A stretch of DNA of 64,000 nucleotides from Chloroflexota bacterium (GTDB lineage Bacteria; Chloroflexota; Chloroflexia; QHBQ01), in the NCBI GenBank assembly GCA_043754535.1, contig JAYUUN010000120.1, positions 1 to 64,000 on the forward strand, in the 5' to 3' direction. How positions within the stretch are numbered: the first letter of the stretch is position 1; each line of letters starts with the position of its first letter. Under the pieces are notes generated by a model that did not search any database, was not told the origin of the DNA, and saw only the letters and a program-made list of their open reading frames with translations. Position numbers and translations under genes: made by a program. This document shows positions 32,271 through 43,002 of this stretch, piece by piece.

Positions 32271-34757
32271 ATGATGAGCGACCCAACAATCAGGGCAGAT
32301 GCCTACCAGCATCCGGGTGAAGTTGACTACCCACTGCTCCCCCTCAAAAACGTGGTGATCTTCCCCCGCACCTCCGTCAGCCTGGTAGTTGGACGGCTAC
32401 GGTCGGTCAAGGCACTGGAACAGGCTCTGGCAGGTAATGCGCGGCTGCTGGTGCTAACTCAGCGCGACCTCACCCGCGAGGAGCCACGAGCAGAAGACCT
32501 CTACCAAACTGGGATCATCGCCGAAGTTGTCCAGCACAATCGCCAGCCCGACGGTCACTATCAGGTGACCATCGAAGGTCTTCGTCGCGTGCAGGCAGTC
32601 CACTTCACTGCCACCGAATACCTCTACAGTGTCACAGTGCGCGAAGTGGCCGAACGTGGTAGCCAGGGTTCTGTTACCGAGGCCTTGAGCCGCCACGTTC
32701 TAGACCTCTTTAGCGACTACCTCCACCTTAACCAGCGCATCCCAGCGGACGTGCTAGGGGTGGCCCGAGGCATCCACAACCCCGGCCATCTGGCCGACCT
32801 GATCGCCGCCCACGTAATCAGTCAGGTGGACAAGCGGCAGCAGTTGTTGGAGATCGCCGACAGTTATGAGCGGCTGGAAGCGGTTGGCGTGTTCCTGGTC
32901 AGCGAACTGGAAGTTTTGCAGATCGACGAGCGTATCCGTAGCAAAGTGCGCCAGCAGATCGACAAGAACCAGCGCGAGTTCTACCTACGCGAGCAGTTGA
33001 AGGCGATCCACGACGAACTGGCGGGTGAGGGAGGTAATGAGATCGCCGACCTGCGCCAGAAGGTGGTCACCCTCGGTTTGCCAGAGGAGGTGGCGGCCAA
33101 GATGCTCAAGGAGTTGGGCCGCCTGGAGCGGGTGACTGCTGCCAGCCCCGAAGCGGCGGTGATCCGCAACTACGTGGACTGGGTGCTGGCTCTCCCCTGG
33201 CAGCAGCAGACGACTGATAAGCTGAACATGGCCTTTGCCAAACAGGTGCTGGACGAGGATCATTACGGGTTGGACAAGGTGAAGGAGCGTATCCTCGAAT
33301 ACCTAGCCGTGCGCCAACTGGTCGCCCTCGGCAACCACAAGGGCAGTGCGCAGATACTTTGCTTCGCTGGCCCACCGGGGGTAGGTAAGACCAGCCTGGG
33401 CCAGAGCATCGCCCGTAGTCTGGATCGCAAGTTTGTGCGGATCAGCCTGGGTGGGGTGCGCGACGAGGCAGAGGTGCGCGGCCACCGCCGTACTTATATC
33501 GGAGCAATGCCAGGGCGGATCATCCAGGGCATCAAGACGGCGGCTACGCTCAATCCGGTCGTGCTACTTGATGAGATCGACAAGATGAGCAGCGACTACA
33601 AGGGTGACCCGACCGCCGCTATGCTAGAAGTGCTTGATCCCGCCCAGAACAACACTTTTGTTGACCACTACCTCGACATCCCCTTCGACCTGTCGCAGGT
33701 GCTGTTCATCTGCACTGCCAACGTGCTGGCCGACATCCCGCGCCCCCTGCGCGACCGGATGGAGATCATCGAGTTGAGCGGCTACAGTGAGGAGGAGAAG
33801 TTGCAGATTGCCCGCCGCTATCTGATGAGCCGCGAACTGGACGCGCATGGCTTGAAGGCGGGCTACATCGAAATACCGGAGAAGGTATACCGGGCGATCA
33901 TCCGACATTACACCCATGAGGCCGGTGTGCGTGATCTCGCCCGCAAGCTGGCGGCGATCTGCCGCAAAGCAGCCCGGCGCATGGTTGAGGGGCGCACCAC
34001 CCGCGTGCGGATCACCCTCACCAACCTGGAGGAGTACCTCGGCCTGGCTCGCTACGCCGAGGACAAGGTGATGACCCAGATGAACCAGATCGGGGTTGTC
34101 AGCGGGCTGGCCTACACCGAAGCGGGTGGCGCGGTGCTGCCAGTTGAAGTGGCGACTATGCCTGGTCATGGTAGCCTGCTGATCACTGGGCGGCTAGGCG
34201 ATGTGATGCAGGAGTCGGCACGGGCCGCCCTCAGCTACGTGCGCTCCCGTGCTGCCCAACTGAAGATCGAGCCAAACTTTCAGGAAAAGCTAGACCTGCA
34301 CATCCACTTCCCCGAAGGGGCGGTGCCAAAGGACGGCCCCTCCGCCGGGATCGCTATTGCTACCGCCCTCATCTCCGCCCTCACCCGCCAACCTGTGCGT
34401 GGTGACACGGGCATGACCGGCGAAATTACCCTGCGTGGGCGGGTGCTGCCGATTGGCGGCCTGCGCGAGAAGGCAACCGCTGCTCATCGGGCTGGGATCA
34501 AGCGCGTGATCGCCCCCCACCAGAACGAGCGCGACCTGCCAGAGATACCGCGCATTGTGCGCCAGGAGCTAGAGTTTATCTGGGTTGAAAGCATGGACGA
34601 GGTGATCGCTGCTGCCTTCCAGTTCCCCCTTGAACTGTTGAGCCAGGGCGAAGGTGGCAGCCTGCCACCTATCCTCGAACTGCCTGCCAGCGAGTCGCTG
34701 ATTGCCAGCCCAACCAATATTGACCAAACCGACGTGCTGGAAGCTCAGAGTAACTGA
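32271..34757 (+). CDS. lon: ATP-dependent protease La
   Basis: LON N-domain, [30 protein letters not shown] (Ser) and IGGLREK (Lys). Confidence 0.97.
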   Translation: MMSDPTIRADAYQHPGEVDYPLLPLKNVVIFPRTSVSLVVGRLRSVKALEQALAGNARLLVLTQRDLTREEPRAEDLYQTGIIAEVVQHNRQPDGHYQVTIEGLRRVQAVHFTATEYLYSVTVREVAERGSQGSVTEALSRHVLDLFSDYLHLNQRIPADVLGVARGIHNPGHLADLIAAHVISQVDKRQQLLEIADSYERLEAVGVFLVSELEVLQIDERIRSKVRQQIDKNQREFYLREQLKAIHDELAGEGGNEIADLRQKVVTLGLPEEVAAKMLKELGRLERVTAASPEAAVIRNYVDWVLALPWQQQTTDKLNMAFAKQVLDEDHYGLDKVKERILEYLAVRQLVALGNHKGSAQILCFAGPPGVGKTSLGQSIARSLDRKFVRISLGGVRDEAEVRGHRRTYIGAMPGRIIQGIKTAATLNPVVLLDEIDKMSSDYKGDPTAAMLEVLDPAQNNTFVDHYLDIPFDLSQVLFICTANVLADIPRPLRDRMEIIELSGYSEEEKLQIARRYLMSRELDAHGLKAGYIEIPEKVYRAIIRHYTHEAGVRDLARKLAAICRKAARRMVEGRTTRVRITLTNLEEYLGLARYAEDKVMTQMNQIGVVSGLAYTEAGGAVLPVEVATMPGHGSLLITGRLGDVMQESARAALSYVRSRAAQLKIEPNFQEKLDLHIHFPEGAVPKDGPSAGIAIATALISALTRQPVRGDTGMTGEITLRGRVLPIGGLREKATAAHRAGIKRVIAPHQNERDLPEIPRIVRQELEFIWVESMDEVIAAAFQFPLELLSQGEGGSLPPILELPASESLIASPTNIDQTDVLEAQSN

Positions 34758-34865
34758 AGCCGCCCCAGCCACATAGCAGCCCACAAAACCCACCACTTGT
34801 TGCACAGCGGCCCTTTGCCCGTGCAGCAGCGGCGGGAGGGCGCAGATAAGAGAGCTACAGTTAAG

Positions 34866-37800
34866 ATGCCAAATAACAATCAGTCCCAGAATGGCGGCAG
34901 CCGCGGGAATCAACCCACTGGCCGCCGCATAGACCTACCCCCAGAGAAGTTGAGCCGCCGCAGTGCCGACCCCCAACCCGATGAGCGGGCCAGCCTACCA
35001 CCCGAACGCAGCAGCCGCCCTCAACACCAGCGCAGCAACCTGGTCACTACCCGCCGCAACCCCTTGCAAGATCGCTTGCGCCGCCGCCCCGAAATGGATG
35101 AGGTCAGCGTAAGCAGCAGCTATACGGCTCAGCAGATGCGTGACGAGCAAGCCGCCCGCACCCGCGAGGAGGAGCTGCACCCCGGCTACCACTGGTACCG
35201 CATGGATCTGCACTGCCACACCCCCCGCTCTACCGTCTGCTACCAGCAGCCCGAAACTAGCTACCTGCAAATCTTGCAGAAGGCTGAGGAGCGCGGCGTG
35301 GACATCCTGGCAATCACCGACCACAATACCATTGCTGCTTACGCCGACATTCAGCGCGAGCGTGAAGATTTGGAGCGGTTGGAGCGCGAGGGGCGCAGCA
35401 CCCCGGACGAGAAGCACCGCCTCGGTGAGTACCGCCGCATCTTTGGCAAGATACTCGTCCTGCCTGGCTTCGAGTTCAGCGCGACTTTCGGCTTCCACAT
35501 CCTCTGCATCTTCCCCCCCAGTATGTCGATCCGCCGCATCGAGTACGTCCTAATGTCTATGGGCATTAGCGAGGAGAAGATGTTGCTCGGCAGCCCCGAA
35601 GTGGGGGCGACCACCGACGTGCTGACCGTCTATCGCACGGTAGCCGAAGCGGGTGGCATCTGCATTGGGGCGCACGCCAACTCCTCCAACGGGGTGATGA
35701 TGCGCGGCCTCAACTTTGGCGGGCAGACCAAGATTTCGTTCACCCAAGACCCCAACCTCTCGGCCCTTGAAGTGACCGACCTCGACAGCCCCGACCGCCG
35801 CAACTCGGCTAACTTCTTCAATGGTAGCAAGCCAGAGTACCCACGTCGGATGTTCTGCATTCAGAGTTCCGACTCGCACCGTGCCTACCGCGACCTGGAC
35901 GAGAAGGCGCACTCGCTCGGCACTGGCGACCGCACGACGGAGGTGTTGCTGCCAGAGCAGAGCTTCCGCGCCTTGAAGGAGATGTTCGCCAGCAACGAGT
36001 TCACTCGCTGCCGCCCCAGCCGCCCCTTCACCGAACCACAGATCGATGTGGTGAGACAGGCGCGCGTGCTGGGCAACAATCTAGTCCAATCGTTCCATGA
36101 GCGGCTGCCCCTGCGCCGCCAGAGCGCGCACCACATCCTGCGCGACCTGGCCGCCTTTGCCAACACCAACGGTGGCACCGTCTTCCTCGGCGTAGCTCCC
36201 GACAGCAGTACCCCCGCTTATGGGGTAGAGAGTCCGGTCGAAGTGATCGAGACGATGCGCTCTGAAATCCAGCGCAATATCTATCCACTACTCAAGGTGA
36301 CGCTAGACGTGCGGACTAGTGAGGGTAAGAGCGTCGTCCTGGTCAACGTGGCGAAGGGTGCGGAGCGGCCCTACGCGATTGACAATAGTCAAATCTACAT
36401 TCGGCAGGAGGGGGAGACTAGCCTGGCCGCTCGTGACGAGATCGTGCAGCTTGTGCGCGATGCCCTGACCGAAGCGGGCGCAACCCTGCCTGCCCTGGCA
36501 ACCAGCAGCCAGCCACCCCCCCGTCCGACCATACAGCCGCCGACAGTGCAGCCACCGACAGTGCAGCCCCCTGCTGCTCAGCAGAACGAACCGCCAGCAC
36601 AGCCCGCTGCCCCACGCCTCACCTTCCAGGAGCGGCGCGAACTTCGGGAGCGTGAACGGCTGACGCGCCTGGAGCCGAGCGTTAGCAGCCAGCCGGTTGC
36701 CCCAACCGCCCCAACCAGCCCCACTGTTGGGCAGCCCGTTACTAGCCAACCCACCACCAGCCCGACTGTCAGTACCCAGCGGCCAGCCTTCAATCAGCGG
36801 CCTGACAGCGGTCAGCGAGCGGCGCAGCCCGCTGTCGGCCAGCCCGCTAGTAGCCAGCCTGTCAGCCAACGACCGGCACCGCAGCAGCCCGCTGTCTCCA
36901 CCGCCAGCCCAGCCCAACCGTTGGTTGAGGGTGAAAGCACTGCTCTGCGAAACGCCCGACTTGACCGCGAGGAGCGGCGGGCCGCCCGCGCCATGTACGG
37001 GGCTGCCTACATACCGCCTGGTTCTAGCTTTACCCGCCCAGAGCCGGTCGCCCCAGTGGTGCCTGTCAAGCAGCCGCCGATTGAGCCAGCACTAGCCGAG
37101 GCAATGACCAGCGTCAACGAGGGCGATCCGCAGGTGGCCCCTGCTGAGGCGCGGGAGGAGCAAGCGACCACGGGTGATGCCCGCAACCGTAACCGCCGCA
37201 GCCGTAGCCGTCGCAGCAATGCCCCCGCGCTAACGGGCGACCTGATCGCTGATGGCGAGGCCGCCGCAGTGGATGGCGCGGGCATGGCGATGCCCTTTGA
37301 GGTTGCTTCGCTAGCTGTTGACTTGAGCGGAACCATGCCTGCCGTTGAGGCGACCGCCCTGGCCGCAGCCGAGCAGAGTCCCCCTGCTGCCTCTGCCGAA
37401 CTGCCGCTAGACATGAGCGTGGAGGCCGATGGTCGTATCGCTCCACCCCGCACCGGCGTGGAGATCGTGGAGACGGTCGAGCGTGATGGTGGCAACACCC
37501 ACCACACGATGAAAGACCTCCGCAATGGCAATCTTGTTCATAATGTCAGCCGCCACTCGGCGCGTCGTCTCTGGCGGTACGCGATCACCCAACGGGAACA
37601 TGATGAGCCGAAGCTAGAGCAGATCGAGTGGCGCGAGCCGTTCGGGGAGAGTGGCGGACAGATCGGCATCTGGCGCAGCACCAGCCGCAACGGAGCGCGC
37701 CGCTATGATCTCGCTCAACGCGACCCCGACAGCACCCTGCACATCTACTATGGCGTGACCGATGAGGGGCTGCACGGCCCCTGGCTTGAGTTCATGAACG

Positions 37801-38825
37801 TGGCGGCCCAGGTGGAGGTTGCTGAGGGGGATGAGCCAACCCTGCGCCCCCCCCTTGAAGGCCAGCTAGCCCCAATGGAAGACGAAACTCCCGGCCTACC
37901 AGAGCCGTTCGGCATGGTAGCCGACCAGTTCGCCAGCCCCACTAATGAGCAGATCACCGCTCTGTTCAGTCATCCCTTTGCCGACGAGATTGAGGCTGCC
38001 TTCAACCAGGATGACGTGCTGAAGAACACAGCAGAGGAGGAGGGCAGTACAGTAGTCGCCGCCCCCGAGGACTGGGTGGAGATGGGTGCGCTGGCCGCCG
38101 CTTTCGAGCTGGCCGACGCATCGCTGGCTGAGTTGCGCGAGGTGGCGGCTGTTCAGCCTACCCGCTTCGCCACCGCCGACGACCAACCACAACCGGTTGT
38201 AGAGCCTGAAGCCACCGCCAGTGCAGTAGATATGGACGAGGAAGCTGAAGTCAACCACCGCAACCGTCGCCCACGCGGTGGGCGCGGACGCGGGAAGCAA
38301 GCCACGCCGCAAGAGACCACTAGCAACGAGACGATCCAGTACCCTGCCTATCTGGCAACGCCGGAGCGCGAACAGATCGCCGAACCCTCTTTTGACCAGC
38401 TCAGCCCGGCAGTTGAGGGCGATCGGAAGCGCGTCATCCAGCCAGTGGAGTTGCGCCTGACTCCGCCCAGTGAGGAGCGACCCACCGAGGAGCAGCCCAT
38501 TGAGGCTGGCAAGCGGCGGCGTGGCACACGCGGGCGCGGCAAGTCTACCGAGCAGGATGTAACGGTTGAACCGCAAGCCGAAATCACCACCACTGCCCAG
38601 GCCGCTGAGCAGCCCGCCGCTGAGCAGCCAAAGCGTAGCCGCACCCGCACCCGCAAGCCTGCGGTCAAGACCAGCGAGGAGAGCGACGAGCAGGAAGTAC
38701 TGGCCGCCAACGACGAGGTTGGCCGCAACGCCATGAGCGTGATCCGCAACGACCTGCGCCGAGGCCGCGACGAGAACCCAGTCAATCCTGACAACCAGCC
38801 GATCCTCGGTTATGAGGATTACTAG
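34866..38825 (+). CDS. Large PHP-domain / Schlafen AlbA_2 fusion protein with disordered linkers and an additional globular domain
   Basis: DLHCHTP, AITDHN, GFE, GAH and SSDSH (PHP); [23 protein letters not shown] (AlbA_2); Pro/Gln-rich and Glu/Arg-rich tracts. Confidence 0.8.
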   Translation: MPNNNQSQNGGSRGNQPTGRRIDLPPEKLSRRSADPQPDERASLPPERSSRPQHQRSNLVTTRRNPLQDRLRRRPEMDEVSVSSSYTAQQMRDEQAARTREEELHPGYHWYRMDLHCHTPRSTVCYQQPETSYLQILQKAEERGVDILAITDHNTIAAYADIQREREDLERLEREGRSTPDEKHRLGEYRRIFGKILVLPGFEFSATFGFHILCIFPPSMSIRRIEYVLMSMGISEEKMLLGSPEVGATTDVLTVYRTVAEAGGICIGAHANSSNGVMMRGLNFGGQTKISFTQDPNLSALEVTDLDSPDRRNSANFFNGSKPEYPRRMFCIQSSDSHRAYRDLDEKAHSLGTGDRTTEVLLPEQSFRALKEMFASNEFTRCRPSRPFTEPQIDVVRQARVLGNNLVQSFHERLPLRRQSAHHILRDLAAFANTNGGTVFLGVAPDSSTPAYGVESPVEVIETMRSEIQRNIYPLLKVTLDVRTSEGKSVVLVNVAKGAERPYAIDNSQIYIRQEGETSLAARDEIVQLVRDALTEAGATLPALATSSQPPPRPTIQPPTVQPPTVQPPAAQQNEPPAQPAAPRLTFQERRELRERERLTRLEPSVSSQPVAPTAPTSPTVGQPVTSQPTTSPTVSTQRPAFNQRPDSGQRAAQPAVGQPASSQPVSQRPAPQQPAVSTASPAQPLVEGESTALRNARLDREERRAARAMYGAAYIPPGSSFTRPEPVAPVVPVKQPPIEPALAEAMTSVNEGDPQVAPAEAREEQATTGDARNRNRRSRSRRSNAPALTGDLIADGEAAAVDGAGMAMPFEVASLAVDLSGTMPAVEATALAAAEQSPPAASAELPLDMSVEADGRIAPPRTGVEIVETVERDGGNTHHTMKDLRNGNLVHNVSRHSARRLWRYAITQREHDEPKLEQIEWREPFGESGGQIGIWRSTSRNGARRYDLAQRDPDSTLHIYYGVTDEGLHGPWLEFMNVAAQVEVAEGDEPTLRPPLEGQLAPMEDETPGLPEPFGMVADQFASPTNEQITALFSHPFADEIEAAFNQDDVLKNTAEEEGSTVVAAPEDWVEMGALAAAFELADASLAELREVAAVQPTRFATADDQPQPVVEPEATASAVDMDEEAEVNHRNRRPRGGRGRGKQATPQETTSNETIQYPAYLATPEREQIAEPSFDQLSPAVEGDRKRVIQPVELRLTPPSEERPTEEQPIEAGKRRRGTRGRGKSTEQDVTVEPQAEITTTAQAAEQPAAEQPKRSRTRTRKPAVKTSEESDEQEVLAANDEVGRNAMSVIRNDLRRGRDENPVNPDNQPILGYEDY

Positions 38826-39368
38826 ATGTATGCTGACGCACAGGGGGCGGCAGATTTGGCCGCCCCCACCCCGGTTGAAGTGATCCGCAGTAGTCGGCGC
38901 AAGAGCAGTTCCAGTGCAGAGCGAGTGGGCGGCAAAATCGTTGTGCGCTTGCCCATTGGTCTCACTGCTCAGCAGGAGGAGGAGACGATCAGCCGCCTGC
39001 TCACCGCCCTGGAGCGGCAGCAGCGCAAGCGGCAACTAAACGCCGTCCAGGACCTGGCCGCCCGCGCCAGCGAACTGAATGTCACCTACTTTGGCGGCAG
39101 GCTGCGCCTTAGCAGCATCGAGTTCGTTAGCAATCAGCAACGCCGCTTTGGTAGCTGCACCCCTGCCACCGCCAGCATCCGCCTTTCTGATCGCCTGGCG
39201 AAGATGCCCCTCTGGGTGCTGGACTACGTGATCGTCCACGAACTGGCCCACCTGCTGGAAGCCAACCACTCGCTCGCTTTCTGGAAGCTGGTCAACCGCT
39301 ACAAGCTGGCCGAGCGCGCCCGTGGCTACCTGATCGCGGTCGGCATGGAGGAGACGGAGCAGGATTAG
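38826..39368 (+). CDS. YgjP/DUF45 (M48-like) zinc metallohydrolase
   Basis: RFGSCT, IRLSDRL and DYVIVHELAHLLEANHSLAFW motifs. Confidence 0.88.
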   Translation: MYADAQGAADLAAPTPVEVIRSSRRKSSSSAERVGGKIVVRLPIGLTAQQEEETISRLLTALERQQRKRQLNAVQDLAARASELNVTYFGGRLRLSSIEFVSNQQRRFGSCTPATASIRLSDRLAKMPLWVLDYVIVHELAHLLEANHSLAFWKLVNRYKLAERARGYLIAVGMEETEQD

Positions 39369-39489
39369 TGAGCAGGTGAGGGCAGCTTGCGCTCACCATA
39401 TAGCAGCAGATCATGAGGGTGGCACAGCCGTCCTCATCCGTTTGGGGCAGGAAACTACTCTCAGCAATCCAGATTGAAAAATCGCCTGA

Positions 39490-39537
39490 TTTGGTAAGGT
39501 TTTGGTAAGGTTATGTTGGCTATTTAGGTGGTATAAT
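39490..39537 (+). promoter_or_regulatory. 11-bp tandem direct repeat plus extended -10 promoter
   Basis: TTTGGTAAGGT twice (39490-39511), then TGGTATAAT (TATAAT at 39532-39537). Confidence 0.6.
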
Positions 39538-39599
39538 AGTGATGGCTTATTGTAACGTCATCAACCCTTACGTGCCTTATCTAGGAGGTGGATAGAGAG

Positions 39600-41828
39600 A
39601 TGTATAGTCGAAACCGTCGTACCCTCAACCTGGCCTTGAGCCTTGCGCTGCTGTTGAGCGCAGTAGCCTTTGCCCTCAGTGGGGGCGGATTGGCCGCCGC
39701 CAGCCCGCCGACCCTCAGCCCAGCGGCAGCAGTCCAGCCCGCCAGCGGGGTTGGCCCCAACCTGATCTCGCTGACCAGTGGTAGCATTGCCGCTAGCGAC
39801 CCCAGCTACACCCGCACCTTTGCGTTCGCGCAGGGTAATACCTGCTTTGTGAGCAGTGCCTTCACGCACTACAAGTTCTACGAGGTGCAGTCGGCTAGCG
39901 CACAGACGGTCGTCGCCAGCCTTGCCAGCCTCGGCGGCAGTGCCAATTACGACAGCTTCGTAAGCATTTACCAGGCAGCGGGAGGGGGGCAGATAGCCAA
40001 CTTCGTCCCCTCTGGCTGCACCAACGCTATTACTGCCAGCGACGATGCCTATACTACACCTCAGTCGCAGGTAGTAGCTAGCCTTGCTGCTGGATACTTC
40101 TATGTGGTCATTGCTGGGTATGACAGTAGTGCTGTCGGCAACTACACCCTCGCCCTGGCAACCGAGTTCGGCCTACAAACCAACCTGCCTGGCAGTCTGC
40201 TGGCTAGCAGCCCTACCTACAACCGTACCGTCGCATTCCCGCAGGGTGGTGTCTGTACGCTTGGTACCAACAATCCACACTATATCGCTTACGAGTTCCA
40301 GGTAAATAGCCCCCAGGCCGTGGTTGCCAGCCTGATCAGTCTTGGTGGGGCCGCCAGTTTCAATAGCGTCCTGACCGTCTACCAGGCGGCTGGCGGGGCG
40401 CGCATCAACAGCTTTGTCCCTGCCGGTTGCACTAACGCCATTGCTGCTAGCACTATCAGCTATGGCGTGTTCAAGCCAGAAGTAGCCGCTACAGTTGTTG
40501 CTGGCTACTTCTACGTGGTGGTTGCAGGCTCCACCGCCACGGACATTGGCAGCTACACCCTGGCGGTCACTGCGGCTTCGTCCGTCTCGATCACCTCCAC
40601 GCCAACCAACACCCCAACTGTAACCAACACCCCGACCATCACCCGCACGCCAACCAACACGCCAACCGCCACCAACACTGGCACTGCGACCAGCACCAGC
40701 ACTGCAACTGGCACCAGCACTGCAACTGGCACCAGCACCGGCACCGCCACCCGGACGGCCACTGGCACCAGCACTAGTACCACTACCAGCACGCCAACTG
40801 TAACTGGCACGCCACCGACCAGCACGCCAACTGTAACTGGCACGCCGCCGACCAGCACCAGCACAGCGACGGCAACTGCTGTCGTCAGCAACACGGCAAC
40901 CGCCACTGCCACCAGCATCGTCAGCAACACTGCGACCGTGACTGGCACCCCGCCGACTAGCACGCCAACTGTGACTGGCACACCACCGACCAGCACCGCC
41001 ACCGCTAGTGCCACCAGCATCGTCAGCAATACAGCGACCGTGACTGGCACCCCGCCGACCAGCACGCCAACTGTGACTGGTACGCCACCGACCAGCACCG
41101 CCACCGCCAGTGCCACTGGTGTCGTCAGTAGCACGGCGACTGGCGCAGCCGCCACTGCCACCCGCACTGCTACTAGCGCAGTTGGCACTGGCACGGCCAC
41201 CAGCATAGCCACTACTGCTACTCCTGCGCCGCCAACCCTCACCAGCGTGTCTGCGACTGAGACCCCCTGTGGTATCAGCTTCACTGACGTGCCGCCTGGC
41301 TACCTGTTCTACAGTGACATCGAGTTCCTTGCCTGCCGCGGCATCGTCAATGGCGTGGGCAACGGCCTCTATCTGCCTGGCAACTTTACCACTCGCGGCC
41401 AGTTTGCCAAGATCGTCACCATTGCCTTTAGCGTTCCCTCCTTTACACCGAGCAGCGGCCAAACCTTCAGCGATGTGCCGCCGAGTAACTTCTTCTACCC
41501 CTACGTCGAGGCTGCGGCTCACTCTGGCTACCTGTTTGGCTACGCCAATGGCAGCTTCCGCCCCGACTTGCGGATTAACCGCGTAGAGACGGCGGTAGTG
41601 ATCCAGCGCGTCCGCAACTACCCTGCCTTCATCCCTGCCACACCGAGCTTCCTGGACATTCAGCCCGGCGACTTTGGCTACGTCGATGTAGAAACCCTTG
41701 TCCACGAGGGGATCATCAATGGTGGGCGTTGTGCCAGCGGTAACGGCCTCTGCTTCCGCCGCAACGACTTCATCCGCCGCGACGAGATGGCGAAGATCGT
41801 CCGTCGCTCTATCGAAACCCTGCCCTAA
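39600..41828 (+). CDS. Secreted SLH-domain surface protein with two PPC-like beta-sandwich repeats and a Thr-rich linker
   Basis: Signal peptide; duplicated ~135-aa domain ending GYFYVV..G.YTLA; C-terminal [24 protein letters not shown] motifs. Confidence 0.85.
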   Translation: MYSRNRRTLNLALSLALLLSAVAFALSGGGLAAASPPTLSPAAAVQPASGVGPNLISLTSGSIAASDPSYTRTFAFAQGNTCFVSSAFTHYKFYEVQSASAQTVVASLASLGGSANYDSFVSIYQAAGGGQIANFVPSGCTNAITASDDAYTTPQSQVVASLAAGYFYVVIAGYDSSAVGNYTLALATEFGLQTNLPGSLLASSPTYNRTVAFPQGGVCTLGTNNPHYIAYEFQVNSPQAVVASLISLGGAASFNSVLTVYQAAGGARINSFVPAGCTNAIAASTISYGVFKPEVAATVVAGYFYVVVAGSTATDIGSYTLAVTAASSVSITSTPTNTPTVTNTPTITRTPTNTPTATNTGTATSTSTATGTSTATGTSTGTATRTATGTSTSTTTSTPTVTGTPPTSTPTVTGTPPTSTSTATATAVVSNTATATATSIVSNTATVTGTPPTSTPTVTGTPPTSTATASATSIVSNTATVTGTPPTSTPTVTGTPPTSTATASATGVVSSTATGAAATATRTATSAVGTGTATSIATTATPAPPTLTSVSATETPCGISFTDVPPGYLFYSDIEFLACRGIVNGVGNGLYLPGNFTTRGQFAKIVTIAFSVPSFTPSSGQTFSDVPPSNFFYPYVEAAAHSGYLFGYANGSFRPDLRINRVETAVVIQRVRNYPAFIPATPSFLDIQPGDFGYVDVETLVHEGIINGGRCASGNGLCFRRNDFIRRDEMAKIVRRSIETLP
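40590..41265 (+). repeat. Coding tandem repeats ([11 protein letters not shown] units; ~102-nt higher-order repeat)
   Basis: Recurrent ACGCCAACTGT(A/G)ACTGGCAC.CC.CCGACCAGC units. Confidence 0.85.
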
Positions 41829-41846
41829 GCCTATCGCCCAACGCAC

Positions 41847-41878
41847 AAAAGGGGTCAGCCGCAAGGTTGACCCCTTCT
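41847..41878. terminator. Bidirectional terminator
   Basis: AAAAGGGGTCAGCC-GCAA-GGTTGACCCCTTCT. Confidence 0.8.
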
Positions 41879-41957
41879 GCTTGCTTGCTGAACAAGAGGC
41901 AAGCCTTAGGTTGGACTACATCTGACCAGCCACTTCTTTGCACGCGAGGGTTGTGGC

Positions 41958-42584
41958 TAACTGCCGTGGTACTGTGATGTTGATTGGCTGGTTGAGGCGG
42001 CTGATATCTAGCTGGCGGCGGCTACTCTGCTTGCCACTGTGCGTGTCAACCACGATCCGCCGGGGGATGTTGTCGGCGGCCAGCCAATATGTGGTGTAGA
42101 TGCTAGAGTCGCCACTACCCTGCCGCTCGCCATAGCCGCGACAGGTTACGCCGTCAAGCGTCTTGCTGCCAAGATCGCTGCTGCCGCCTATTTCGTGGGC
42201 CTGGGCTTGCTGTGCGCTGAGGTTGACTATAGCAAAGCTAGCAAGGATGCTCCTACCACCGCCACCCACGCGCACCCAGCCTCCACCATCGTTGCTGTAG
42301 AGGTCGTCGCCAACTATCACCTGCTGGAAGCTACGCCCCTGCTTGCTGAAGGTAAACTGCGCCCGTTGGTCCGCCACATCTACATAACCCTCAAGGCTAG
42401 TAACCTCGTGTTCGTTAGCCTGCTGGCCCTCACTGCTCTGCACCACATAGAAGCTACTAACCCTCATGCTGCGAGCTGTCTGCGTAGGGCCGTTGGTCAC
42501 TGCGCCGCCAGCCGCCTGCTCGCAACCTACACTGAGGGCGGCGCAAAGTAGAACCGCAAGCAGTATGACAATCCGCTTAAACAT
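41958..42584 (-). CDS. LppX/LprAFG-like lipoprotein; ends at in-frame TTA 41960-41958
   Basis: Lipobox-like SVGC, IVGDDLY, TLDGVTC..Y, YWLAAD and the typical terminal NQPINITVP. AAGGAG RBS before ATG 42584. Confidence 0.7.
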
Positions 42585-42618
42585 AGGTCGATCTCCTTCA
42601 GCAAAGGTGTTGGCTAAC

Positions 42619-42647
42619 AAAAAAGCTGACCTGGAAAGGTCAGCTTG
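42619..42647 (-). terminator. Terminator after the tRNA-Thr/Tyr pair
   Basis: AAGCTGACC-TTTCCA-GGTCAGCTT followed by TTTT. Confidence 0.85.
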
Positions 42648-42652
42648 CGGGG

Positions 42653-42735
42653 TGGGCAGGATAGGATTCGAACCTATGAAGGGGTACCCCATCTGATTTA
42701 CAGTCAGACCCATTTGGCCGCTTTGGTACCTGCCC
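42653..42735 (-). tRNA. trnY: tRNA-Tyr (GTA)
   Basis: GGGCAGG/CCTGCCC acceptor stem, loop CT-GTA-AA, long variable arm, GGTTCGAATCC. CCA not encoded. Confidence 0.95.
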
Positions 42736-42748
42736 TTGTGTTGCACGG

Positions 42749-42820
42749 AGCCGACTAAGGGATTCGAACCCTTAACCTGCTGTTTACAAAACAGCTGCTC
42801 TGCCGTTGAGCTAAGTCGGC
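42749..42820 (-). tRNA. trnT: tRNA-Thr (TGT)
   Basis: GCCGACT/AGTCGGC acceptor stem, GCTGT-TTTGTAA-ACAGC anticodon arm, GGTTCGAATCC. Confidence 0.95.
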
Positions 42821-42866
42821 GTGGTTCGGCATAGCATCCGGTGTTCGGCTTCGCTTGCGCCCGCTT

Positions 42867-42895
42867 ATTATACCCAAGCGCGGCGGCGTTGTCAA
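42867..42895 (-). promoter_or_regulatory. Consensus promoter of the tRNA pair
   Basis: TTGACA-N17-TATAAT. Confidence 0.85.
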
Positions 42896-43002
42896 GCGCA
42901 TTTTGGCCCTGCCAGCTACTACTTTGGGCTGATCGTAGGAGGATTGCTACCCTTGCCGAGAGGTGCTATACTGTTAGCACAACCATGTGCAAGGAGACAG
43001 AA

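Noticed and set aside
40173..41864. Long antisense ORFs (563 aa, 243 aa; also 37896-39035, 57623-58753, 18548-19651)
   Set aside because: These are shadow frames of GC-rich or repetitive genes with no recognisable motifs.
41916..42746. 276-aa ORF start overlapping tRNA-Tyr, and S9 peptidase start at 42841
   Set aside because: The upstream extensions run through tRNA, terminator or promoter sequence. RBS-supported starts are 42584 and 43003.
29387..42820. Genomic island bounded by tRNA genes
   Set aside because: No integrase, no duplicated tRNA 3' end, and the content is housekeeping.
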